From sequence record PV400810.1: a stretch of DNA of 64,000 nt; one strand, given 5' to 3'. The position numbers and the translations under genes are program-made. Source of the DNA: Pseudomonas phage vB_PaeM_GXNNA8. Positions 56,997 to 64,000 of this stretch are shown here, piece after piece; the stretch's first letter is position 1; each line of letters starts with the position of its first letter. The notes beneath the pieces are model-generated. The model was not told where the DNA came from, searched no databases, and was given only the letters and a program-made list of their open reading frames with translations.

Positions 56997-57038
56997 CCCC
57001 TAACCCCTAGCCCCTTTAACAGGGCTAGGGGTTAGGGG
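56997..57038. terminator. strong bidirectional terminator between convergent genes
   Basis: 17-bp stem cccctaacccctagccc-ctttaaca-gggctaggggttagggg, then tttatt. Confidence 0.75.
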
Positions 57039-57049
57039 TTTATTCAGTG

Positions 57050-57607
57050 TTACTCTTTACTCTCAATGATGTACGGCATGAAGAAGGTCGGACCCAGGCC
57101 TTCCATTGCACGGTAGAAGTTCAGCGAGCGCAGTTCTACCGAGGTTTCAGGATTACCCACCAGGATCGACAGGTTTTTCAGGTCGATCTTCTTGCGTTTG
57201 GCGAATTCCACATAACGCTGTACGGCGACATCGATGTAGTATTCTTCGGGGATAAGACCCGGACGGGTAACCTTACGGACTTCTTCCACCATCTCAATAA
57301 GGAGTTCTTTATTGAATTCCCCATTGTCATAGAGCGACAGTACATTGATCAGAATGTTGTCGAAGTCCTGGTTATCCTCTTCACTCTCGTCTTTCGAGGC
57401 TTTGGGAGACGTTTGAGGGGTAGCGGGAGCTGGCTGAGCGGGAGGAGTCACCGGAGGGGTGGTTACCGCTTTAGCCTTCTCGTCCTCAGGAGTGGAGGGG
57501 TTCTTCTGATCGTTGTTTTTCGACATCGCTTTAACCTCTTGGTAAGTCGGGGGATAAGACATAATATTCGTACAGTCTGTATCCGTTAGAAACCGGTCGA
57601 GTAACAC
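57050..57607 (-). CDS. hypothetical protein (Pro/Thr-rich N-terminal region)
   Basis: 185-aa ORF. The internal start MSKNNDQ at ~57526 is plausible. Confidence 0.5.
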   Translation of the reverse strand: MLLDRFLTDTDCTNIMSYPPTYQEVKAMSKNNDQKNPSTPEDEKAKAVTTPPVTPPAQPAPATPQTSPKASKDESEEDNQDFDNILINVLSLYDNGEFNKELLIEMVEEVRKVTRPGLIPEEYYIDVAVQRYVEFAKRKKIDLKNLSILVGNPETSVELRSLNFYRAMEGLGPTFFMPYIIESKE

Positions 57608-57976
57608 GGCATTAAGACAAAAAATAAAAGGAGCGAGGGGAGGAGGAACCCACCTGCTTAGAGCCGATGGCTGTCCCTCCTCCCCTTAACTTGCTAGGTG
57701 TTCAACCAGCGCTAGTTTAGCACCTTCACAAGCCGCCTCACCGTCCGAGAACCTTCCCGCCGACAGCACCGAAAAGGAGACTGAAGTCCAGGTCAATAGC
57801 TCAACAGTGTGACTTGACGATAGCGGCTATACCGTCCATAGGGTTCGGAGTATGAGTTTTGCCAAGCTCATACTCGACGAGTACCACGCCTTATCACCCT
57901 TAAGTTCAGGCGGGACCCGCAGACGCGGATTAATATGACACGTTGTCCGTATATAATACCGTCAACGTGTTAAAAC

Positions 57977-58222
57977 TTACTCTCCGTAATCGAGAGTGTC
58001 GTAAACCATCGACCGAGCCACTTCGGCGATAGTGTCGTCGTCGATCAGACGATGACCGTCCTCATTGCGATCTGCTTTATTCCACGCAGAACTTTCACCG
58101 AGTGCGTTCACACATATCTTCCCCCGGTAACCCCTGGCGTCGAGGATAAGTCGAGCACGACGAATCACCTCCGTATCGAATTCCCCGTGGGTCTTGAACA
58201 CCTTAAGGTTCTTTTTAGCCAT
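57977..58222 (-). CDS. hypothetical small protein
   Basis: 81-aa ORF immediately downstream of 58234..59259. Confidence 0.45.
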   Translation of the reverse strand: MAKKNLKVFKTHGEFDTEVIRRARLILDARGYRGKICVNALGESSAWNKADRNEDGHRLIDDDTIAEVARSMVYDTLDYGE

Positions 58223-58233
58223 GATTGACGTCC

Positions 58234-59259
58234 TTAAATTGCCACTAACTCAACATGAGTCAATTGATTGAGATCGGAGGTCAGTTGCTCAGTATAGGAT
58301 ACCTGATACGCACCGCCCAGGGTATCGATGTGGAACACAACAGCATCCAAGGCCAGCTTATTCACACGACGTACTTTAACCAGGATTTGCTGATCCTCAG
58401 GCACCGTAAGTTTCACGGTCTCTTTATCGGGTGTCACAGGGGGGTAGAGGGACTCAATGAAGAGTACAGCTTTCTTAGCCTCAAAGACCTGATCAATCCA
58501 TTCACTCCCGTTATGAAGCAAACGGTAACCCTTGTCTTCAGATCCCTCAATATGGAAAAAGGGTTTGGGATGTCCTATACCCTTAGTGACCCTTACGACC
58601 TGGACGTTGATAAGACCTACACCCAATCCTCGGAAGAGTATAGTCACGTGGCCCTCTGTAGAGAATTTTGTCATGGCAATGTCTCCCTTTACGAACTCGT
58701 GGTTTTCATCCAATTGGTAAGGAACGCCAGGTTCGAGACCGTCCTCACCGATATATCCAACTGCTGTGCGGTAACGATTGGCTTCACTGTCGAAGTACTG
58801 GATGTGGATCTTTCCATTCTTTCCAGCGGACGCAACGCCATCGAGTCCAACGATAGCAGTCCCCCAATCTCCAGCGGTAGCTTTCCCTTTCTTTCCGGCG
58901 GTGGCAGTACCTAAGTATCCGACAGTAGCCGTACTGTAATTTCCGGCGGTGGCGATGCCATGGTCACCAGCGGTGGCGCTGGCGCAATCTCCGGCGATAG
59001 CCATGCCTTTATTTCCGGCAGAGGCGATACCAAAGCGTTCAACGATGGCTGTCCCATAGTCTCCAGAAACAGCGTGTCCATTGTTCGCAGCGGTGGCGAC
59101 GCTATTTTTTCCAGCGATGGCGGTCCCGTGTTCCCCCACATGGCAAGACCCGTTGTCACCGACTTGAAGGACATGACCACAGCTGGCTCGTTGAAAGGGT
59201 GTTTCTTTATGTTTCATGACCTTCTCCAAAATACAGCGATTGGGTATCCAATCTGTCAC
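58234..59259 (-). CDS. octapeptide-repeat (GxAxAGxx) beta-solenoid protein with C-terminal globular domain
   Basis: About 14 consecutive 8-residue repeats: EHGTAIAGK NSVATAANN GHAVSGDY GTAIVERF GIASAGNK GMAIAGDC ASATAGDH GIATAGNY STATVGYL GTATAGKK GKATAGDW GTAIVGLD GVASAGKN. Confidence 0.6.
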   Translation of the reverse strand: MTDWIPNRCILEKVMKHKETPFQRASCGHVLQVGDNGSCHVGEHGTAIAGKNSVATAANNGHAVSGDYGTAIVERFGIASAGNKGMAIAGDCASATAGDHGIATAGNYSTATVGYLGTATAGKKGKATAGDWGTAIVGLDGVASAGKNGKIHIQYFDSEANRYRTAVGYIGEDGLEPGVPYQLDENHEFVKGDIAMTKFSTEGHVTILFRGLGVGLINVQVVRVTKGIGHPKPFFHIEGSEDKGYRLLHNGSEWIDQVFEAKKAVLFIESLYPPVTPDKETVKLTVPEDQQILVKVRRVNKLALDAVVFHIDTLGGAYQVSYTEQLTSDLNQLTHVELVAI

Positions 59260-59392
59260 TCTCGGTAGCTTAAAGGCTAAACGGCTTATTAAGCAAACCG
59301 CCCGGGTTCTACCGAAAACCCGTTTAAGAAGGGTTGGAGACTACACGTGTGATTTAACGGCGTTTACGTGAGTCCCCTCCTTCACGCAGGGG

Positions 59393-59896
59393 TTATTCCT
59401 TTAAAGACAGAGTGGAGTGGTCTTCAGGTTCAGGGGCATGCAGTACTTCAATGCAACGAAAGACAGCGAATGTAGCGTTATTCTCCGCCCTTAACCTTTT
59501 AGCTTCCGTAATAGCTTTTGCTCTGGAGGAATGTCGGTAAGGTCGAGGTGACATATACACGACACCATTTTCACCTACCCTCCCAATAACGTAACGTCCA
59601 ATCGGGTTGGTATAGTGTTCTTGAGTGACGTTATTTTGGAACAGTACGTTATTGTGATAAAATTTGAACCCTCTGAACATCCAGAGGGTTCTCTTATCTT
59701 TGTATTTCCCTTCCTGGTCCTTCTCCAGGTAGATCTCCGCTTTGTTTGTACCCATCACTGGCTGAAGATGTTTTTTCTTCATATGAAACTCAAACTCTTC
59801 ACGCAGATTGAGTTTCATATCCTCAGTAACCTTACGGTGATCGTTAGGAGAAGGGGGAGGTGTTTCATTTTGAATTATTCGATCGGTCACTTTCAC
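59393..59896 (-). CDS. hypothetical protein
   Basis: 167-aa ORF. Confidence 0.5.
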   Translation of the reverse strand: MKVTDRIIQNETPPPSPNDHRKVTEDMKLNLREEFEFHMKKKHLQPVMGTNKAEIYLEKDQEGKYKDKRTLWMFRGFKFYHNNVLFQNNVTQEHYTNPIGRYVIGRVGENGVVYMSPRPYRHSSRAKAITEAKRLRAENNATFAVFRCIEVLHAPEPEDHSTLSLKE

Positions 59897-60651
59897 ACCT
59901 CCGGGTCGTCGTAATCGTCTTCATAACGGTCATCAAACGACCTGTTGTATTCGAATGCTTCGATCCTGGCCTGACGTTCAGCTTCCTTACGCCGGCTGGT
60001 GCGCGCACGCGGCAGACAACGGTTGAAGATCTTGCGGAACTTCTTCTTACTGATGAGATAATGGCAGTAAGCACCATCACCACAGGAGGTTGCCTGACGA
60101 ATGATATCACCGCACATCAGCGAAATCAACTTATCCATATCGATCAGATGAGTGGCGAAGTTATTTTTATTAACCTCTTCCAATTTTCCGTAGATGAAAT
60201 GATAGATCGAGTCGATGTAGTAGTAGTTGGGGTGTTTGTTGATGGGAAGGTGGGTGTCAGGATCCAGGGGGTGGGTGGCTCTGGTTTTCCACAGACTGTC
60301 CTCCACGTCATTCTCCTCAGCACGGAGAGGACCATCCCCCCGTTTAATGATCTTGCGCGCCCAGTGGACGTTAATCGCCGCACGGTCCTTTAGAACAGCC
60401 ACCCAACTGTCCGGCCCATTGGGGACTACACCCTCCACTTCCGCTTCGAACGTTGCGTACCGCTGACCAGGAAACTCACGTTCGTCCTCTTTCAGAAAAC
60501 GCTGGGTTGGGGACTCGAACACCGCGATCGTTCCTTTGGGGAAGTGGGCAGCGCCAAAGGGACATTCGCGTTTCTTTTCTTTACGATTCTGGATGACCCA
60601 TTCCAGTCGGTCTTTACTGAGACGTCCAACAGGTACACGAAAAGGTTTCAT
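59893..60651 (-). CDS. hypothetical protein with Cys cluster (possible metal-binding)
   Basis: MCGDIIRQATSCGDGAYCHYL and an N-terminal CPFGAAHF. Confidence 0.5.
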   Translation of the reverse strand: MKPFRVPVGRLSKDRLEWVIQNRKEKKRECPFGAAHFPKGTIAVFESPTQRFLKEDEREFPGQRYATFEAEVEGVVPNGPDSWVAVLKDRAAINVHWARKIIKRGDGPLRAEENDVEDSLWKTRATHPLDPDTHLPINKHPNYYYIDSIYHFIYGKLEEVNKNNFATHLIDMDKLISLMCGDIIRQATSCGDGAYCHYLISKKKFRKIFNRCLPRARTSRRKEAERQARIEAFEYNRSFDDRYEDDYDDPEV

Positions 60652-60837
60652 AATACTATCCTTCTGTTTAACAGATTGTTTAACAACGGTTTAGTGGAGA
60701 TTCTCAACGAAGTGAATATCCCACTGGGTGTATTGGGTTTCCCGCATGAAGAGTTCAACCGCTTCTATCAAGGTCATTTGGTGGGGGGCTTCCCAAGTGT
60801 CCTTGTTGTAACACGTGAATTTCCAAAACATGACCAA

Positions 60838-61392
60838 TTACCCCTGTGCTAGTTCATGAAGACGTCCAGCTGCTTTGAGTTTACGGATTTCACTGATCGA
60901 CTTACCGTATTTAGCGGCGAGTTCCCTGACCGTCCCTTCCGGAGCCGGTTTATTCGCAAAGCAGAACTTTTTGGGTGTTTCTTCTCGGCTGACACTCTGG
61001 GAGTGATCAGGGAAACGTCGACTGAGGTCTTCCAGGAATTCCTTAGCTTTGGTGATGTAAACCTTAAGGTAGGCGTGGCCTTCCGAGATATCACTTTCAG
61101 TCAATCGTTGTAACACAACCCTTTCTACGATTCCCTTGGCGGCACTGCCTTCAGTATCGTAGATCATTTTATTTATCAGTCCAACCGCATAACCATTTAT
61201 TGACTCTCCATAACCCTCTATTGACTCTCCAGAGGGCACACTCTTGAAACTGTGCAGCATGTGCTTCAAGTAGATAACATCACCAGTGTGCCCTGTTTCC
61301 ATCAGGAATAACGCCACTTCAAATCCGTTGTAACACCCCAGATCCTCTTGACGAGCAACGTCGAGTTCTTCCATTTGTTTTTCAGTAAACAT
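60838..61392 (-). CDS. putative DNA-binding protein (C-terminal helix-turn-helix)
   Basis: C-terminus TVRELAAKYGKSISEIRKLKAAGRL. Preceded by the promoter-like motif. Confidence 0.5.
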   Translation of the reverse strand: MFTEKQMEELDVARQEDLGCYNGFEVALFLMETGHTGDVIYLKHMLHSFKSVPSGESIEGYGESINGYAVGLINKMIYDTEGSAAKGIVERVVLQRLTESDISEGHAYLKVYITKAKEFLEDLSRRFPDHSQSVSREETPKKFCFANKPAPEGTVRELAAKYGKSISEIRKLKAAGRLHELAQG

Positions 61393-61416
61393 TGGTTTAT
61401 TCCTCGTGGCTTAATA

Positions 61417-61439
61417 CATCAATAATCTAGGTTTAAAAT
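61417..61439 (-). promoter_or_regulatory. conserved promoter-like motif (ttttAAACCTAGATTATTGATg in gene orientation)
   Basis: Motif family member. Sits between the terminator at 61458..61491 and the gene start at 61392. Confidence 0.45.
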
Positions 61440-61457
61440 ACGCTATACCGTAATAAA

Positions 61458-61491
61458 CCCTCCTACCTCCCTTCAAAGGGAGGTAGGAGGG
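61458..61491 (-). terminator. hairpin terminator after 61513..61809
   Basis: Perfect 14-bp stem ccctcctacctccc-ttcaaa-gggaggtaggaggg. Confidence 0.6.
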
Positions 61492-61512
61492 TATTTACAC
61501 GGTGTTTACGGG

Positions 61513-61809
61513 TTAGAGCTTAGAAGAGAGTTTGTCTCGGGGGTTCGAGTGGGAAGTACCGGGGAGCAAGGGCTTATTCTTGAGGGTGCCGGAAATGGTC
61601 TTACCGTCCGCATTCACCACGTAAAGATCCCCATCAATCACCCGGAGCAAGGTTCTCCCATCAGCAAACTCGACCGTGAGCTCCCGCCGTTCCTTATGTG
61701 GGTCCCAAGAGATAGCAAACCGATCTCCCTGGCCCACAATAATACCTTCATAGTCACGGGAGGTGCCATTCCCACAGTCCTCTCGCATGACCTTTATAAT
61801 GAACGACAT
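61513..61809 (-). CDS. hypothetical protein
   Basis: 98-aa ORF. Confidence 0.45.
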   Translation of the reverse strand: MSFIIKVMREDCGNGTSRDYEGIIVGQGDRFAISWDPHKERRELTVEFADGRTLLRVIDGDLYVVNADGKTISGTLKNKPLLPGTSHSNPRDKLSSKL

Positions 61810-62026
61810 GACGGTATCCTCTGCACATAGCGGATAAAGAAAAGGTCCTGTTCCCTACCCCTCTGAGAAAGGTAGGGAACAGGTACACCGTCACCCCTGT
61901 CAAGAAGCCGCGGTCCATCCTGGAAGAGAGAAGAGAACAGGATGGCTGGCGGAGCGGGACAGTGCAGGGCATTTGGGGGAGGGTAGTGCCGAGCCTGTGT
62001 GTCCCAGTCTTTGGGGTAACGATGTT

Positions 62027-62102
62027 TGGTTCCGTGACCAGGGTTCGAACCCGGGACCTACTGTTTACGAAACAGTTGCTCTACCTACTGAGCTATCACG
62101 GA
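62027..62102 (-). tRNA. tRNA-Thr (anticodon CGU), CCA encoded
   Basis: Hand-folded cloverleaf. Acceptor TCCGTGA/TCACGGA; D arm GCTC-AGTAGGTA-GAGC; anticodon arm ACTGT-TTCGTAA-ACAGT; T arm CCGGG-TTCGAAC-CCTGG; discriminator A; then CCA. Confidence 0.85.
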
Positions 62103-62443
62103 GTAAACTTAACCTAAATGGATCACCACGATTTCAGTTCCAAAGGTGTCAGCCACCCATTGGTTGAAGTCTTTACGCTTGAGTCCACAGTAGGAGAAAA
62201 TAACAGACGAAATTCTACCGGGCGAACCAGTCCAACAAACCGTATTCGTTCATTGTGTTTTTCTTCCAGTGTTACACTTGAATCGAAAGGGGGTCCGTTC
62301 GCCATTGTCATACCTATTCACCCCATCACAAGGAATAGATAGACCTGTACTGTTTTATGCTCTCGGCCACGGACGACTGCGAGTAACCGCTAAGGGTTAC
62401 TGTTACGAGAGCACCCCTTACAAGGGAAAGATTACGGAAACGA

Positions 62444-62635
62444 CTAACTGGACTTGGAAGGGGTCTTTTTCGAAGATTCCGCTTTATCGGAACTGGGGTC
62501 GAACCACCCCGCCTTCTTGTCTTCCTCGTACCAATGCTTAGCCACCTCGTGATCGATACCCACTTTCTTAGCGAACTCAGCGCTGTGGGCGGCGTCTCGC
62601 ATAAGGTTGGCTTGTTTACGTGATACACTTGGCAT
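62444..62635 (-). CDS. hypothetical small Lys-rich protein
   Basis: 63-aa ORF with AGAAGAGG SD. Preferred over the overlapping Arg-rich 114-aa frame. Confidence 0.45.
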   Translation of the reverse strand: MPSVSRKQANLMRDAAHSAEFAKKVGIDHEVAKHWYEEDKKAGWFDPSSDKAESSKKTPSKSS

Positions 62636-62692
62636 AGGGTTACCTCTTCTAGAAAAAGAGCGCCCGACATAGATTGGAACGGATGTGGAAGA

Positions 62693-63040
62693 TTAATGCT
62701 GACCCTTTACCTCCGCCCAGAAGGAAGCCTTCAGGTTACAACCCCACGCATAGAACTTGACGTAGTAACGAAGGGTCTCCTCCACCGTTTCAACCAGTTC
62801 TTGGGCGTGTTCAGCGCTCATAACCGATTCCTTAGCCGGTGGGCCCAGGTCTACCCGTTCCTTAAAGGCGGCTGTAAGCACCGGGTAGTTGGCCTCGAGG
62901 GGAAGATCGTTGGTCAGGAAGTACTTGTGGTACAACAAACTCAACCCCGAGCAGACCCCCAGGTAGCGGTCATCGCTGACGGTTTGAAGTTGGAGACACT
63001 CTTTAACCAATCGAGCCCAATGGACCATTCTCATGTTCAT
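62693..63040 (-). CDS. hypothetical protein
   Basis: 115-aa ORF. Confidence 0.45.
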   Translation of the reverse strand: MNMRMVHWARLVKECLQLQTVSDDRYLGVCSGLSLLYHKYFLTNDLPLEANYPVLTAAFKERVDLGPPAKESVMSAEHAQELVETVEETLRYYVKFYAWGCNLKASFWAEVKGQH

Positions 63041-63073
63041 TCTCCCTCGGTGGAATAAGGATTAACGGAATGC

Positions 63074-63880
63074 TCAGTGATGAGCAGACGGTTTGGTGTT
63101 ACGCCGGGTGATTTCTTGGTAATGGACCTCCTCCAACGACAGGGAAGGATTGTCATTACGCTTACTCAACACATACCCCAACAGCAGGGGTTGGTGGATA
63201 ACGATTTCCCGGGAAGTGAGAGGGAATTTCTCACTGTAGTACGGCACCCAGCTCTGTTGTTTCAGCAGTTGTTCGATTACCCGGGTTTTCTCATCCTTAG
63301 CGAATTCGATGTTCTCGTGGGTGAATTCGAGCTCATGGGTAATGATGTACCAATGGATCCAAGGATGCGCACCGCCCAAGCGGTCGCAGTAGAAGACACT
63401 GGGTTCGTTGTCCCCTGGGACGTAGAAGCGTCCGGGGTCGCTCTCTTCAAAATTATCCCCTGTGTGGTATACGATAGAACTGAACTGACCGTTGGGTAGG
63501 GTTTTATTCCGATAGAACTCCACATCCCAACGATCCACCACTTCCATTCGAGGGTCCGAAGGATCCTCCGAATTGCAACGGATAATGTAGATCACGAAGG
63601 TGTAGGACCCATCCGGGTCTACAGGCCGATCCAACCCCGCAGAGCGGAGGTCGTACAATGCCCGATAAGGATCCTTGGAGTACAACCCCTCTTCCTCATC
63701 AACTATCCGTTTAACCACTTTAACGGCTTCAGGGAGCGTTGTGAAGGCTTTTGCGTCGTACCAGTGGGTCATGTAGCGGGGATGGTCAAACGCCTCACCA
63801 TAAGCGTTATAGAAGCGTGTAACGGCATCTCCTTGGTTATTGAGACGGGAATCAATCCGGATGATGTAGGAAATGGACAT
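63074..63880 (-). CDS. hypothetical protein
   Basis: 268-aa ORF. Confidence 0.5.
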   Translation of the reverse strand: MSISYIIRIDSRLNNQGDAVTRFYNAYGEAFDHPRYMTHWYDAKAFTTLPEAVKVVKRIVDEEEGLYSKDPYRALYDLRSAGLDRPVDPDGSYTFVIYIIRCNSEDPSDPRMEVVDRWDVEFYRNKTLPNGQFSSIVYHTGDNFEESDPGRFYVPGDNEPSVFYCDRLGGAHPWIHWYIITHELEFTHENIEFAKDEKTRVIEQLLKQQSWVPYYSEKFPLTSREIVIHQPLLLGYVLSKRNDNPSLSLEEVHYQEITRRNTKPSAHH

Positions 63881-64000
63881 GATGATTTCCTTTTAAGGGG
63901 GGGTAGGGTTGTAGGACGTGGGGAAGAGTATTCCATCAATGGAGGGTGTGTGGGATTTCTTCGACTTCACTCATGTATTCTTCGGCGACACGAAGCACGC

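Noticed and set aside
57608-57976. tRNA or tmRNA in the long spacer
   Set aside because: A GGGTTCGGAG T-loop-like string is present, but no acceptor/D/anticodon stems could be paired around it by hand.
60838-61392. GIY-YIG homing endonuclease next to the tRNA gene
   Set aside because: VIY...GYGES is superficially GIY...YIG-like, but the spacing is ~17 aa instead of 10-11, and the downstream Arg/His/Glu/Asn catalytic residues are absent. Only the C-terminal HTH is supported.
61973-62167. 64-aa plus-strand ORF
   Set aside because: It overlaps the tRNA-Thr gene on the opposite strand. Its sequence is the tRNA complement. Spurious.
62326-62670. 114-aa minus-strand ORF
   Set aside because: Arg-rich, off-frame-looking product overlapping the better-supported 63-aa ORF 62444..62635, which has a strong SD.
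1-64000. Prophage boundaries, integrase, transposase, insertion sequences or CRISPR arrays
   Set aside because: None seen. The window looks like contiguous lytic-phage DNA with no attachment-site-like direct repeats.

Overview
This window reads as a contiguous piece of a large virulent, myovirus-like phage of a Gram-negative host. GC looks close to 50% by eye. No integrase, transposase or CRISPR array is visible. There are three modules.

(1) Plus-strand late/structural genes at 1-8.5 kb and 34.6-35.6 kb. A virion-protein paralogue is followed by a tail fibre carrying an SGNH/GDSL esterase domain, then a 1046-aa collagen-like repeat fibre, two Kelch beta-propeller proteins, and a gpV/gp5-like central spike with an HxH apex.

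(2) A long minus-strand block at 8.5-34.6 kb plus 57-64 kb. It consists of small early-type genes and DNA-metabolism genes: two GNATs, a GroEL-like chaperonin, a 2H phosphoesterase, a DHH/DHHA1 phosphoesterase, RNase HI, NAD-dependent DNA ligase, a Rad50/SbcC-like ATPase with a CPEC zinc hook, and a tRNA-Thr(CGU). Almost every gene is bracketed by a hairpin terminator. Many are preceded by a conserved about 17-nt motif (AAACCTACATTATTCAT in gene orientation) that looks like a phage-specific promoter.

(3) A minus-strand cluster at 35.7-46.6 kb of five tail-fibre-like proteins (247, 956, 1184 and 1193 aa among them) that share an N-terminal module. It is followed by an overlapping i-spanin/o-spanin pair, a 2-TM holin-like protein, a RuvC-like resolvase and large unassigned virion proteins.

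The most interesting candidates are the promoter-like motif family, an Acb1-like 2H phosphoesterase next to a DHH phosphoesterase (possible anti-signalling/anti-defence pair), the phage chaperonin, the multi-paralogue fibre arsenal, and a tandem pair of glycine-loop small proteins beside the SbcC-like gene. All functional calls rest on motifs I can read in the translated ORFs; no database search was run.
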